Source: Schmidtea polychroa
Lineage: Eukaryota
DNA length: 62,591 nucleotides
Reading direction: 5' to 3'
NCBI GenBank assembly: GCA_044892525.1
Contig: CM097888.1
Coordinates: forward strand, 6,883,410 to 6,946,000
Below, in pieces: positions 37,160 through 50,054 of the stretch; position 1 is the stretch's first letter, and each line of letters opens with the position of its first letter. The notes beneath the pieces were generated by a model that saw only the letters and a list, made by a program, of their open reading frames with translations, was not told the DNA's origin and searched no databases. Both the position numbers and the translations under genes were made by a program.

Positions 37160-40100
37160 GGATCGAAAAGATGGGGGCTACTAATCTTAACACTGTGACT
37201 CCAATAAATAAAAATAGATATAAATATAAGATATTTAATGTGGTTGCGCGTATTTAAATCAAATAAAAAGACAACTTCTCTTTTCTTTTATAAAACTTTT
37301 ATTGAACAATTTGTTGGCGTATGAGGGAGAAGAAAACTATACATACATAACCGTCATACATGCAAGACCTTATCTTTTAGCTCAGACACTCCCCATGCAT
37401 ACTCCAAATGATCATCCGAATATTCCCACGCATGAGCCCGTGGTGATGTTCCACGTTGGTGCTGCCCACACGGGTCGGAAAAGGTTAGCAGGTGAGCCTC
37501 TGCCTTAAGACTACTCCTAACCCCTTCACGGTTCAGGTTCTAAGGTGCCCCAGAAGGACTTACCCGTATTCCCATAGGTAACTTGGTCCGATCCTGTTCC
37601 AAGGGAACGACCATCGATAAGATTTACCTGCACTCTACATCATACGCCTACGTCATATGTATCATACTTTTGGTTGTTGTTTATTACCATTCTAGCATTT
37701 CACAGACCTCATCATCCATCCTCATTCACAGTCATTCCGCTACAAGCATTCAAATTTCTTCATATAATCGTTTATGAAAAGAGAACGGGGGATGTACTTA
37801 AGAAATGCCCCCTATCTAGGCCTCACCCCCTTATTATATCTTTATTCTCCAATTCCCCGTTACCGTCTCGGAATTTTATCGAGGTCAATATACCTGAAAT
37901 CTCAAAACGAATTATAATCCCTGGCGACCTATGGCCATTTATATTTTAGTCTACGCAAAGAAAATATAATAAGTAAAATTGAGTTAGAAAATTGAATACT
38001 AAATTAAAGTTCTAATTAATTTAAATTATGCGCTGTATTTGTCGTCATAGAGACATTTATTTGAGGTCGTACGTTATGATTAGATAGCTAGGGGTGTCAA
38101 TCCTCCCGGTCGCAATTTTAATTGTGTGTTAACTATTATCTTGAGCAACTGTCTGTACTATTGGAAGAGGTGGTTATATACCCAGTTGAGTTGAGGAAAT
38201 CCAATTCCTCACTCCTGTCTATCGTATCACCATTTCTGAAGAAAAGCATGTGCTCACGTTATTGTTGCATCACCAACATTTTCTGCCCAATTCGTGGGTT
38301 CATTTGTACACTGCATTATGTAGGAGTGGCTGAAGCGTGTGTGTGTGCTATGACAGAATAGGATGGATTACGTAACTGATTTTTCCGACAAGCAACAGTA
38401 GACAGATCGAAAATCAAGCTTATCATCTCAAGTAATCGACAATGTAGTAGAGCACTGGGTAAGTTGACTTTGTTATCTAATTTCTTTTCATGATATTGAC
38501 TCAGGACAATGATTGTTAACGTATTCATCCGACAATTCCTACCAACTAAACGATACGTTATCATTTCACTCTTAACGTTATCAGATATTCCCGTCGGCTG
38601 ACAATCAGCTGGCTACTACAGATCGTCGAATACTATTATCGTTGGCGATAATTCCCTAGACCTCAAAGTGAGTACTCTTGACAAGTTTATCGAAAAATGT
38701 TTACCTCCCCGTCAGAGAGAGATTATCTATCGCTGGTGTCTGTGATTCAAGGAAGACAGTTCAACATTCAAGAGTACATTGATGGTGGATGTAGCAGCTA
38801 ACATCCGGGTGATAAATTTCAGATCGAATCTCGAGAAGGCAAAAACGTTATAGAAAATCGCTGACTTATTCACGAAATATTGTTGATAATGCCCTTCCTA
38901 AATACTCTGACGACAACCTGAATGCCATGAAGATCCTCTCTTATCTGTGTGGATTATTACTAGATCAATGCGAATGTCGATGTCGATCTCTATCTGAATG
39001 TTTTAGAATTTTCCTTTAAATCGTCAATACTATTTCTGAAATTTCGTCATACGAATGGAGACACTCCAGGAACGACCGCACTCGGTGGAACAATTTTACT
39101 TCGCAAACGTATTTCAACTACCGAGTCTCTTCACCCCTCATGACACACCCATGAAGGCATTCATCTCTGCCGCCGTTCTTGCACCGTTATGAGGGACCAA
39201 TCGACTTATTCATATTCAAAATTTTTAGTATAATTTATGAGTGTAAAACAATAAATGTTGAACAAAAATAAAAAATTTACCCGGCGACCATATCATTTGG
39301 CATCCAAGTATGATGTCTCTTTCCTATCCAATCGCGCATTCAATCATCACATTTATAACCATCTCATCAATTATTATCATGTTCTCCAAGGATCTAATAA
39401 TTTTTCAACATCTTCTGGATGCATTCTATAAAAATTCCTCGTGGCAGTGCTCTCCACCGTAGCATACTTCTGTTCGTCCACATCATACTTGAATCTTCCA
39501 GATGATACAGTTGCCGGCACCATGAAGAAAGGCTGTTCTTGGTTTAATAATTTTATTTCATGAAATTATTTTTATTTACAATAACTAAAATAATAACCAT
39601 CCATAAGTAACCATCGAGCCATACCTTAAGTTTTGAAAACTGGATAAAATCGGTCTAGTTTGAAATTTGGAATGAATCGGTCACTGGTCGTTAATTATCC
39701 CTTAGTTGAAATCACTAAACTGAAATTAAAGGCTCTGAAGTCTGTAGTTTTGAAAAGTAGTCTCTAGTCCTGTAATCTGAAATCTGCAATCGTGAAAATT
39801 AAAGTGGTGGTTTTCTTAACTAAAATTTTACCTGCAATCGTGAAAATTAAAGTGGACGCGACTTGCTTGTAATTTTTCTATTTATTATTATTTTTATGTT
39901 TTTATCATAATATATTAAATTTTAATGACTTGACTTATTTCTTATTATTATTTTATTTATTTTTCTTATTCTTACTAATTTTCTCCTAATTTTTCTGCGG
40001 GTTCACTGCTACTTTATCGTAATACAATTTTTTGTTTTAATTAGACTTAAAGATGATTTTGTTTTTTATTTATTTCTTTAATTTCTCATTTATTTTCTCT

Positions 40101-41745
40101 CACTTTTGCTTATTCTATTTCTACTTTATCCGTTGTATATTTTAGATCGTTTCCCTTTTGCCTTATTCTCAACATTTTAGGGGTTTTATTTATTTGGTTG
40201 CTTATTCTTATTCTTTTATTGATATTTTATTGTTTCTCCCTATTTACTACCGGGATTTGGTGGTAATTTATTTTTTATCCTATTTCATTTAATTTTTCCC
40301 GGGGTTCGTTCCCTATTTGATCCAGTTTTCGCCACCTCCACATTTAGCCCAACAAATTTACAAATGATCATTTTATCAATGTATAGAAGAAAAATTCAAG
40401 ATACGGATTTATTAATCCCTGCTGTTTATCTCAGCGTGCAAGAGATCGATGGCTCCTGTGTAGCACAACAATCGTAAAGTCGATGAAAGAATTGGTTAAG
40501 CAAGTGGGATTATTTTGGGGCTCCCAGGGAACACGAAAGCAGCTCAACGTACTTTGTGTTCGCTTAATTTAATAATTTGCAATTTACCCAAGGATAATAA
40601 TTTATCCTCCAAAAATTCTTTACCTGTGAAACAATCTGTAGTAATATTCAAAGTCGTAATTTTCTTTGACTGCAATATTTCCTGGAATTCTCTTCTCTCT
40701 CAGTCTATTTACAATCGCAAATTTCTCCAATTTATACTCTGTTCAAATCAATTGGTTACACTGATCGAAATGTTGATTCAATCTGTTGATTGAACTAATT
40801 TGTTTAGTTAATGACAATGTAATTCTCCTTCGACTAAAGTGCAAGTAATTTCCTCAATTGATAACGTTTTTCCATCGTTCTACTATTTTTAGTTTCTCTT
40901 GCAAATCTCCAAATTTTGCGTCCTAAATTGTTCGTCCCTGGTTCTCATTTTGAACCAGTATTTATATTATAATATAATTATTTATAATATTAATAGTAAT
41001 TTTATAATTACTATTTATAGTATTAGTAACATTAGTTGTTACTAATTATTGCTTATTTTTATTTAAGGTATTTAAATGTTTATATTCTATTTTAAGTAAT
41101 TTGTTGTTTTATTGTTCCAAGCTCCAGGCCTATCCCTAACAAGTCTTACCCCCTAAAAGATTTTCGTCTCGAAAACAAGATAAGTAACCCTAAGAAAGAC
41201 TTTAAATAAAATTACAATAAAATATAAAAATTTATCAGATATGACAAATCAACTTCAATTATCTACACAAAACCATAAAACAAATGTCTCAAATCACAAA
41301 TAACTGGATCATTAATGTAAAAAGTTGAATAATCACAATGTCAAATAACTGGATAATCAAGTCAATTTATATACATGAATGAATTCGACGATAACTGTTG
41401 AGAGGCAACGTTCTCTGATTAGATATCCAGATCGTCGCGATCTGGTTCTGGGATGTTGTAAAGGTTTAATTCCATTCTGCTGTTGCCATTCGCAATAACA
41501 TATTGCTGCTGCAGCTTCTTTTTCCTCTTCTGCAAGACTTCTGGCTAAAAACTCACTGCCAAAGCCTTACCATCCAAAGTGCTTGTTAATATGACCGTAG
41601 ACACTAAGTAAGGGATTCCGTCTACGTCATATGTATCATACTTTTGGTTGTTGTTTATTACCATTCTAGTGACTGGTAGGCAGTCATACTCTTTGGCCCT
41701 GGGTTTCCATTTACTGTCCAGTTACGAGGAAAGACACATCCAATT

Positions 41746-42610
41746 CCGGTACCTCAAGAAATTTTCGATCAAATGGGAGAGGCACGATATTTCACAGTTA
41801 TTGATTTAAACAAAGGATACAATCAATTTAGAATAAAAGAGGAAGATAGAGAAAAGACGGCGTTCTCTGATGGCAAAGAACTTTATGAATTCAATGTGTA
41901 GCCCGAGCTACATTCCAACGAGGAATGAATTCTGTGTTACGAGGTATTCGACATGCATTGGTGTATATCGACGATATAATAATATTTTCAAATGAGTTTG
42001 AAGAACACCTCAAAGATGTAGAAACCGTATTTAAACGGCTCAAAAGTGCAAAATTAAAAATCAAACCATCGAAATGTGAATGGGGCAAAGCAGAAGTAAT
42101 TTATGTCGGACATATAATATCACGGCGAGGGTTACAAACTAATCCAGATAACATCAAAAAAGTGGAAGAGTACCCATTACCAAAAGATGCCGATGAGGTC
42201 AGACAGTTTTTAGGTTTGGCTAGCTATTACAGAAAATTTATGAAAGATTTCTCTCATATCGCACAACCATTGAATACGTTACTAAAGAAAAACAATAAAT
42301 TTATTTGGGGACAAATGCAACAAAGCGCTTTCAATACATTAAAAGAGAAATTAGTTACAACTCCTATATTAAGATGTCCAGCACCGATGGAGATGACGGC
42401 AATAGATATTCTGGGACCATTACTGGAAACAAAAGGAAACAAATACATTGTTGTTTTTTGTGACTATTTTACTAAATGGCCGGAAGCATACGCTATTCCA
42501 AACCAAAAAGCCGACACGATTGCTAGAATATTTGTGGAAAACATAATATTTCGCTATGGTACTCCAAAGAAATTGCTAACTGATCAAGGGAAGAACTTTC
42601 AAAGCGTGAA
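41746..42610 (+). mobile_element. Ty3/Gypsy pol remnant: RT joined directly to the integrase core, RNase H deleted
   Basis: YFTVIDLNKGYNQF..EKTAF, PATFQR, YIDDII, FLGLASYYRKF, then AIDILGP...DYFTKWPEA..TDQGKNF. Confidence 0.92.
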
Positions 42611-45600
42611 GCGGATTTTATGATGTTTCGGATGAAGGTAGAAGTGTCGAAGAAATCGGAGGATGAGGGTGAGCTCAATCAATTGAATTAAATAAATTAT
42701 GCGAACGGACCTTGTTTTTTTCGTCCTCGGAAAATAGAAAATAAATAAATTAACAAATAGATAAATTGATTAAATAAATAAATTAACAAATATATAAATT
42801 GATTAAATAAATAAATTAAGAAATAGATAAAGTGATAAAAAGAAAAGGTTAATGTGTACGTAAATAAGTGAACAAACAGATAAATGAACTAAATAACTAA
42901 AAAATAAATAAATAATTGAGTAATTCAGTAAATAAATAAAGTAAAATGAGCAAATAAAATAAATAAATGTTATAAATAAATGACTGCCAATTGATAAATA
43001 AAGTAATAAATAAATGACTGACTAGTAATTGATGAATAAATTAACATAACTAAATAACCATGGGTAACCTACTGGGGCGGGAGAATAAAATTATAACCAA
43101 TAAATATTAGTTAGTAAGTAATAGTTTCATAGTAGCTTCAATTCCCAGTAGGAACAAAGGCTAATCAGGAAGAGGAATACAACTATCCCAATAGAAATAT
43201 TATCCAAAATAAAAACAAATGTATGCTGAATATTTTATTCATTAGAGTAAAATTTTTATTGTTCGTCATCAGAGTCCAGCAAAATAGGACTTTGGATACC
43301 ACAGTCCTATTCCTTGCGTATATTGCAAGGTGGGCGTCTCTCGAGCCTGTTGGACGTATCCACGCAGGCCAAGGTGCACTTTAAGCCCTTTCGACTCGGT
43401 GGTAAAGGGACCCTGAAAAATGAAAATAAAAACCTGTTAGCATATCAGTCAAGTAACCATTCCACAACATCCAGATGTTCAAACTTGGGTGCCGTAACAA
43501 CCTAAATTAGTAATAGTTGAAAAAAAATGAAATAAAGACTATTTAAAAGTCCGTAGCATGGCGCCCTCGATATATAGTTAGTTGCAGAGAAATAGTACAT
43601 CTTTATGAATTACGTAATAAATACTAAATTAAAACAAGTTCAATTTGTTGAAAATACAAATACCTAAGTATGAATACGGTTAGTAGTGATAGGAAAAATG
43701 CAAGATTTAAAATAATAATTATTATTGGGAAAATTACTAAAATCAATGTGAAATGTTTTTAATGTGTTCTCCAAAATAAAAAGCGCCATGAAAGGGTATA
43801 CTTGGATTTTGAAAAATTTTGACACATAGTTATATCATTGGCAATTGAAGTAGCATCATTGAATAGAGTACACACCACTTTGTTTACACATATAAGAATG
43901 ATATCATAAAAGAAAAATAACCCCCCAAAAAAAATTAATAAAAGAAAAAATTTCTGTCTAAAAATGAATAGAATTCTCAGTTACCTATAATATACTTTTT
44001 TTATATATCATTTATTTTCCCCCTTTTTTATGGAAAATATTTATTGAGTGTATCGGTAGATATTGAGAATTTACTTTATCAAAAAAAATATAAATTAATG
44101 AATAAAACAAATTTATCGTAGTTTTCGACATTATTTCCTTTGTCTGCTCTTTTGCAGGCTTTGATGTGGATTTTTCTGCATTTTGTGGCATGCAATGATC
44201 TAGAAACGGTAAAACAATATCATCTTTGCAAGCTACCCAAATGAACTCACTTAAAACAATCGTGCATTTAACGTCATTCCTCGGTAAGAATTCGATATCG
44301 CTAGGGCCGATATTAAATTGAGACCCAAAAAAGCTAACTGAATTTATTTAAAAATATCCTAGCTAACGATTTATAGTAAAAAATAAATGAAGACCTGAAA
44401 ATCCAACCGAATTTATTAAAGAAAAGGCGACTACAGCTAACAAATTATATCAAATGTTGACACAAACTAAGTTTATGAAAAATTACAATCCGAACTGGTC
44501 CCTGAATATCTATCTCATTATATCGATGTAAAGAAAATAAAAGATTTGCGTTGTGTTATACGTTCCTCCTGCAAGACCGGTATCTCAGAAATCTTAAAAT
44601 TACCGGTTAAATGATTATTTGGGTGAATACAGATTGGTAACATTATACTGACAGTAAATAGGTGATTTAAACACCCTAGATAAAATTTTTAATTTTTATT
44701 ATTAATTAAAATCGTAATTTGAAAAGGAAAAGGAATCTGAATAAGTAAACCCAACTTTAATTTAATTTGGATTCGTCTGAATTATAATTTTAAAAAATTG
44801 TAGAATTGTTCGATCATACCAGCTGCAGCGAGGAAGACCAGGAAAAGGAGTGATTACCCAACTCAGGACGAGGTACAGAATAAATTTTTATTATCTACAT
44901 GTGGATGCATGTGTATAGCCATCCATAATTTCTTTAATTTACAGTATTCAAATTATTCGAGAACCTAAGGAGGGACCGGGAGCAAGCCCAGCAACAGGTG
45001 GAGGGTCTCCAACCCACAGTCGCGAAACTTAGAGGACGATGTCTGGAGCTCGAAAGCACTTGGTTCAGCCTGGCCAAATTGAAAAATCGAATGATTCAAA
45101 TCCAACAATTTCTGTCTCAAGTAGACCAAGATCAAACCGAAATCCGCGCTCTATAGATTCAAATACGCACACTAGAGACCCAACTGAACCAGCGGTTCAT
45201 CAACACGGTGGTAACCGCACAAATCCGACTACTGCCAACGGAGCTGACCGAAATTTATCCACTGGCTCAGATGAGTAGATCGAAACGTAAACGGTTGGGG
45301 CGCAACACTCGAGAAAAACAGAACAGGATCAGATTAGCGGAGCAGAGGCACGGGGAGAATCAGGGCTCACCCCAAACATAAAACGATTTGTAATTAGACA
45401 TGTATCCGAAATAAATAATTTGATGAATTGTTGTGGATCTTGACGTGTTTGGTGTTTGATTGATCAAAGAACGAGCAAATATTTGGGAAAGAAACTAAGA
45501 TGAAGGACCAGAGCAAATCGGCCACATCTTCTATCGATAGTCCATGAACCCAAGGAGTGCCTGACAATTATAGTGCAAATTATTCGCTCACTTCTTTCGA

Positions 45601-46923
45601 ACACTCACCCACTTGATACAGTACCAACGTTGTATTTTGGGTTACACTGGAAACAGCACGAACAGGAAAAATACAGGTAACCCACCAGTATGTGGGAAAT
45701 GTGCATTACAAAATACTAACTAAAATAAATTATTTTGTTAATTTTTATCTTTTTTATTTTGCATTTATTTTAGCCTTTTTTATCTGTATTAAATAAATTT
45801 ATGCGCAAGATTAGTTAGATTTTTTTTAAATTACCTGAACTTTTTCATTGAAAATTTATTTTTATGCCTTTTAACGTGAAATTTTAATGTACTTTGGGTT
45901 TTTTCATTAAAAGTTAAATTTTATGCGTTAGAAGAAATGCTTAAGTTTTTTTAATGTAAAAGAAAAGTAAAAAATAAATTGAAAAAAAAGAAAAATTTTA
46001 AAAAATTTTAAAATTGCAGAAAAACTTTTATAGTGGGGAAATCTTCCAAAAAAATATTTCAAGCTAAATATCCTATATGCCTACTCCTACTTTACCTGCT
46101 TTCCTTTCCCTTTAATTTGTAAAAAATGTGCTGAAAATGCATAAATGTAAATGGAAAAAAAAGTTTGTTTACTATCTTATTGGCTAAAATCTTTTTCTAT
46201 GTTAACGATACATTTTTTTCTGAAGCAGCCATTTGACCACTCATGGTAGGATTCAATTTCTTAATTTATACATGAAATGTTGGAAGGGTTAGTGTTAAAA
46301 CAAATAAAAATAATATTTTGAAAAGGTTTGGGTGAATTCTTGTTTTCTAACTGTGAGTTGTATATAGAATTTAAACAGAAATCTAGTGACACTGAATTTA
46401 GAACGACTAAATGTTTTTTATGGACGACTTCAAGATTTCGCTTCTTTAATGTTTTAATTGCGGTTCAGACTGTGGAACGGATCAACAGCCAAGAATTTAG
46501 ATGTAACTTGCAAGCAATCGTTCATAAAGTTCAGTGAATGTTTCCAAATATTTATATAAATTTATTTCTTGAATATTTGTTATTAAAATAAAATGTTTAT
46601 TTATTTCGATATTTGAAATATTAGTATTGTTTATGATATTTGTAGAAAATAATTAAAAGATTTTGTCATAGAAATTTAATTTGATTTAATCAAGTCAAAA
46701 TAAAACTTTCCTGAAATTTGTTTTTGAATGCAGCAATTTCCTCCTTGCCCCGTGACTTCGATCAACCTTTTTTTATCAATTTCTGAGTATTATAAAAATT
46801 ACGCTTTTCGATGATTTTTCCAATATTTCCCATAATGTTCATAAACCAATCATCATTATCCAAATTTATAATTAAAAAAATGCTGTTATAAATGATTGCT
46901 ATCTCTAATTTTGGCCGTCTGTG

Positions 46924-47792
46924 CAGTGTTGCCATCTGTCCGGGTTTTGAAACGTGCGTCCAGGCGAAACCCAAAAATGTCCGAGTTGTATCTGAATTGG
47001 ACTGCCACATCGATTTGTAGTCAAATAAATAATTTATTGCGCGGTTAATTTAAAATAATATCAAATTAACCTCGAAATTATATTAGGTATTGCCACCTCT
47101 CTTTTTCTTGATTTTGTTCTGTACAATGCGCTTGGTTTTTGTTTCTACATAAAACTACATAAAATTTTTCAAATGTTTTAAAATTTTGTTTTCATAGATC
47201 TGTGGTTTATGATTAATATTGATGACTGTATGTGGACATCGAATCACAAGATGACAATTTATTTCACGAGCTATACTCATTAAATGATATATTAGCTAAA
47301 TATATCACCGAGAACGAAAAGAACGAAAAAAGCAATAGAAAATTGTTGGTGCAAATACTGAGGAAAGAAAAATATCCTGTACTGAAGAAGTTAATGGAAT
47401 TTTTATTCAGCATTCCCGCATGTAATTTCTTTTGTCGAACGAATTTTTTCACTAATGGGTTCGTTATGGTGGGATAAGAAACCGTTTAAAGCCGAATTAT
47501 TAATTTGTAAAAATTTTAAAATAAAATGAAACAAATTTCTGGCTATGGCAGCAGGAAATGAAAAGCGTTTAGCAGCAGCACGGAGTAATATAAAATACAG
47601 TTTTAAAAATAAAATTTACAATGTCTTTACAAAAAATTTTCCTTTTTTAAAAAGAAATCCATTTTGCATGTTATTTAATTGTAATAATAAAAACTTATTT
47701 TCGTGTTACAATGATTTTCTCTTTCTCGTGTTCCAAAAATATTTTTTTTACTCATGTGTCGGAGTCAAAAAATTTTAAATGTGGCAACACTG
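46924..47792 (+). mobile_element. Non-autonomous hAT element (869 bp) with 11-bp TIRs and 8-bp TSD cgtctgtg
   Basis: cgtctgtg|cagtgttgcca ... tggcaacactg|cgtctgtg. Internal YPVLKKLMEFLFSIPA..VERIFS is a dimerisation-domain remnant. Confidence 0.9.
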
Positions 47793-47920
47793 CGTCTGTG
47801 TGTATTTTGTAATAGGGTTGTTGTGTGTATTGTATCTGTTTGTATTTAACTTTTCTCACCAAATTCATTTTTCTGCCTTTCTATAGTAAATGCCCGTAAT
47901 ATATGCCAGTGCTCTTAATA

Positions 47921-48168
47921 CACCCATACCTCGCTATACGGCCGCTCTTTATACGGCATTTCGTTATAACGGCCCTCTTCAATTAAGGTACGTTTTCGGT
48001 TTACGGCCTAAAATGTTTCGCTATAACGGCAAAAAAACTTTTTCTCGATGTCGATATATCTACATGTTGCCAATCTTATGCAAGCGCAATCTCGATTCCT
48101 TATACGGCTTTTCGCTTTACGGCCAAGTTTCGTGGAACGTATCTAGGCCGTAAAGCGAGGTGTGGGTG
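47921..48168. mobile_element. Tc1/mariner-pogo-type MITE with TA TSD
   Basis: TA|cacccatacctcgctatacggcc ... ggccgtaaagcgaggtgtgggtg|TA. Confidence 0.85.
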
Positions 48169-48206
48169 TATTTGTCATTTTTTCAAGTGTTCATTTTTTC
48201 TATATA

Positions 48207-48422
48207 CCGTATTTTAGCGCATATAACGCGCACATTATACGCATTTTTACAAACCGTGCACCCCCCATGCGCGGTATCTGTGGGTGCGCGCTTTATGATT
48301 TATATTTTACACGTGGCGGCATTGCCAGTGGAAATATTTTTATGATGTGACAGTAACCCTACAATCGGTTTTATTGTTTATTGTAATCAGATACCGTGCG
48401 CGTTATATGCGCTAAAATACGG
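48207..48422. mobile_element. Tigger/pogo-like MITE with TA TSD
   Basis: TA|ccgtattttagcgcatataacgcgcac ... gtgcgcgttatatgcgctaaaatacgg|TA (27-bp TIR). Confidence 0.88.
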
Positions 48423-49240
48423 TATATATATAAGAATTATGTCTTAGAGTATTTCTTAATTTATTGTTAAATGTACCATAATTTATGCGCCTTAGTGTAT
48501 CAAAACTGTGTCATATATGGGAATGACGTCATTATTTATCTGTCAATTATATATATACGACATGGCCTCCCTAAAGAGCTACAGTGATACGCTTGAATGA
48601 CACGACCCGCAATGTCTTAATAATTATAGTTCTAAATTATCCGTTCACATGACAGTCTTCACCCTTTGGATTTTTCTATATTTATCTCAAAGATTCTTGA
48701 TTAATGCCCAAATTATTATATATTTAATAAATTTGATTAATTTATCATCTTGGTATCACTAAATGTTTATTTGAATTTAAATTTTGAAAGTAATTTTAAA
48801 GAATTATTTCATTTTTTCAATTTCTATTTTTTGATTTCTAGAGTTAATCTATTTATCAGATGAGTGAATCGTGCGTAAAACAAGCATGTCAAATGGGAAA
48901 TTTACTGACTGTAAAAATATCGACAGGACACTCTTACACATATACATTTTATATCCAGTAACTTTGAAAAGTGTCTCAAACTGTAGAATAAAAACATCAA
49001 TCTAGTTATAGCGAAAGTTTTATCCAATACAAAATAACATTTATTTAACCAATAAAGACAATATGTTAATTGCGAAATACAAACAAATAATTTTTGGTCA
49101 GTGTTTCTAAAATGTTGAAAATAGTCTTCCTTGTGGTCCATACATTTTTGCAAACGTTTTGGAAGTTGTTTTATGATCAGCGCCGTGAAAAGCCTAGCCA
49201 GGCCCTGGTAAAATGATTAACGCGGGCCTTTTATCGATTA

Positions 49241-49469
49241 CACTCATACCTCGCTATACGGCTGCTCTTTATACGGCTTTTCGCTATAACGGCCTACTTT
49301 AATTACGGCACTTTTTCGATTTACGGCCTAAAATATTTCGTTATACGGCTAAAAATCCTATTGAATTTATATGGAATTGTATCAAAATGTATTTGATTCG
49401 TTATGCGGCGTTTCGCTTTGCGGCCAACTTTCCTGGGACGTATCTAGGCCGTAAAGCGAGGTATGAGTG
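49241..49469. mobile_element. Second copy of the 47921-48168 MITE family
   Basis: TA|cactcatacctcgctatacggc ... gccgtaaagcgaggtatgagtg|TA. Confidence 0.88.
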
Positions 49470-49956
49470 TATTATAATATATTTTAAATATAAATTGTTG
49501 TGTTTTGTTTGTATGCAAGCATACTTTTGGTTGAACGGACAATTGGTTTTTTTGCAGAAATCTAAATCCCAGAGAGTCTAATGTTTGTCTTTCTAAATTC
49601 GATTTTTCCTTCTTTTCCTTGGCAAGTTTTCGTTTTTGGGCTCTAGATTTATGCTGATAACTCATTTTTAGCTTTTGTTATCAATGATAAATAATTAAAT
49701 TATTTAATGCAAATAGTTTGCCAAATAGTAAAATTAGGGATACTTACAAAATCTAAATTTCGATCGATTAAAACTGTTTTATGATTATAAAAACAAAACT
49801 CTTACTTTTTTCTCTGAAATATAGCTGTAATAGATTTACTTAGGCTCAAGGGAAAGTAACGATAATTTTAAACTAAAACTCTAGCCGACACCGTAAATTA
49901 AAAATATATAGATATAACTTGATAAAATTTGGTGTTGTCGAAAAAAAACAGGTTTA

Positions 49957-50054
49957 GTAGGGACAAAAAAATCCGCTACTGAAACCGCAGAGGACAGCAC
50001 CAAAACAATCAAATCGCCATCTGCGGTTTTAGTAACGGTTTTTTTTGTCTCTAC
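49957..50054. repeat. Imperfect ~35-bp inverted repeat inside a possible ~1.1-kb TIR element (49931-51057)
   Basis: gtagggacaaaaaaatccgctactgaaaccgcaga / tctgcggttttagtaacggttttttttgtctctac. Outer ggtgttgtcgaaaaaaaa / ttttttttcgacacc. Confidence 0.55.
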
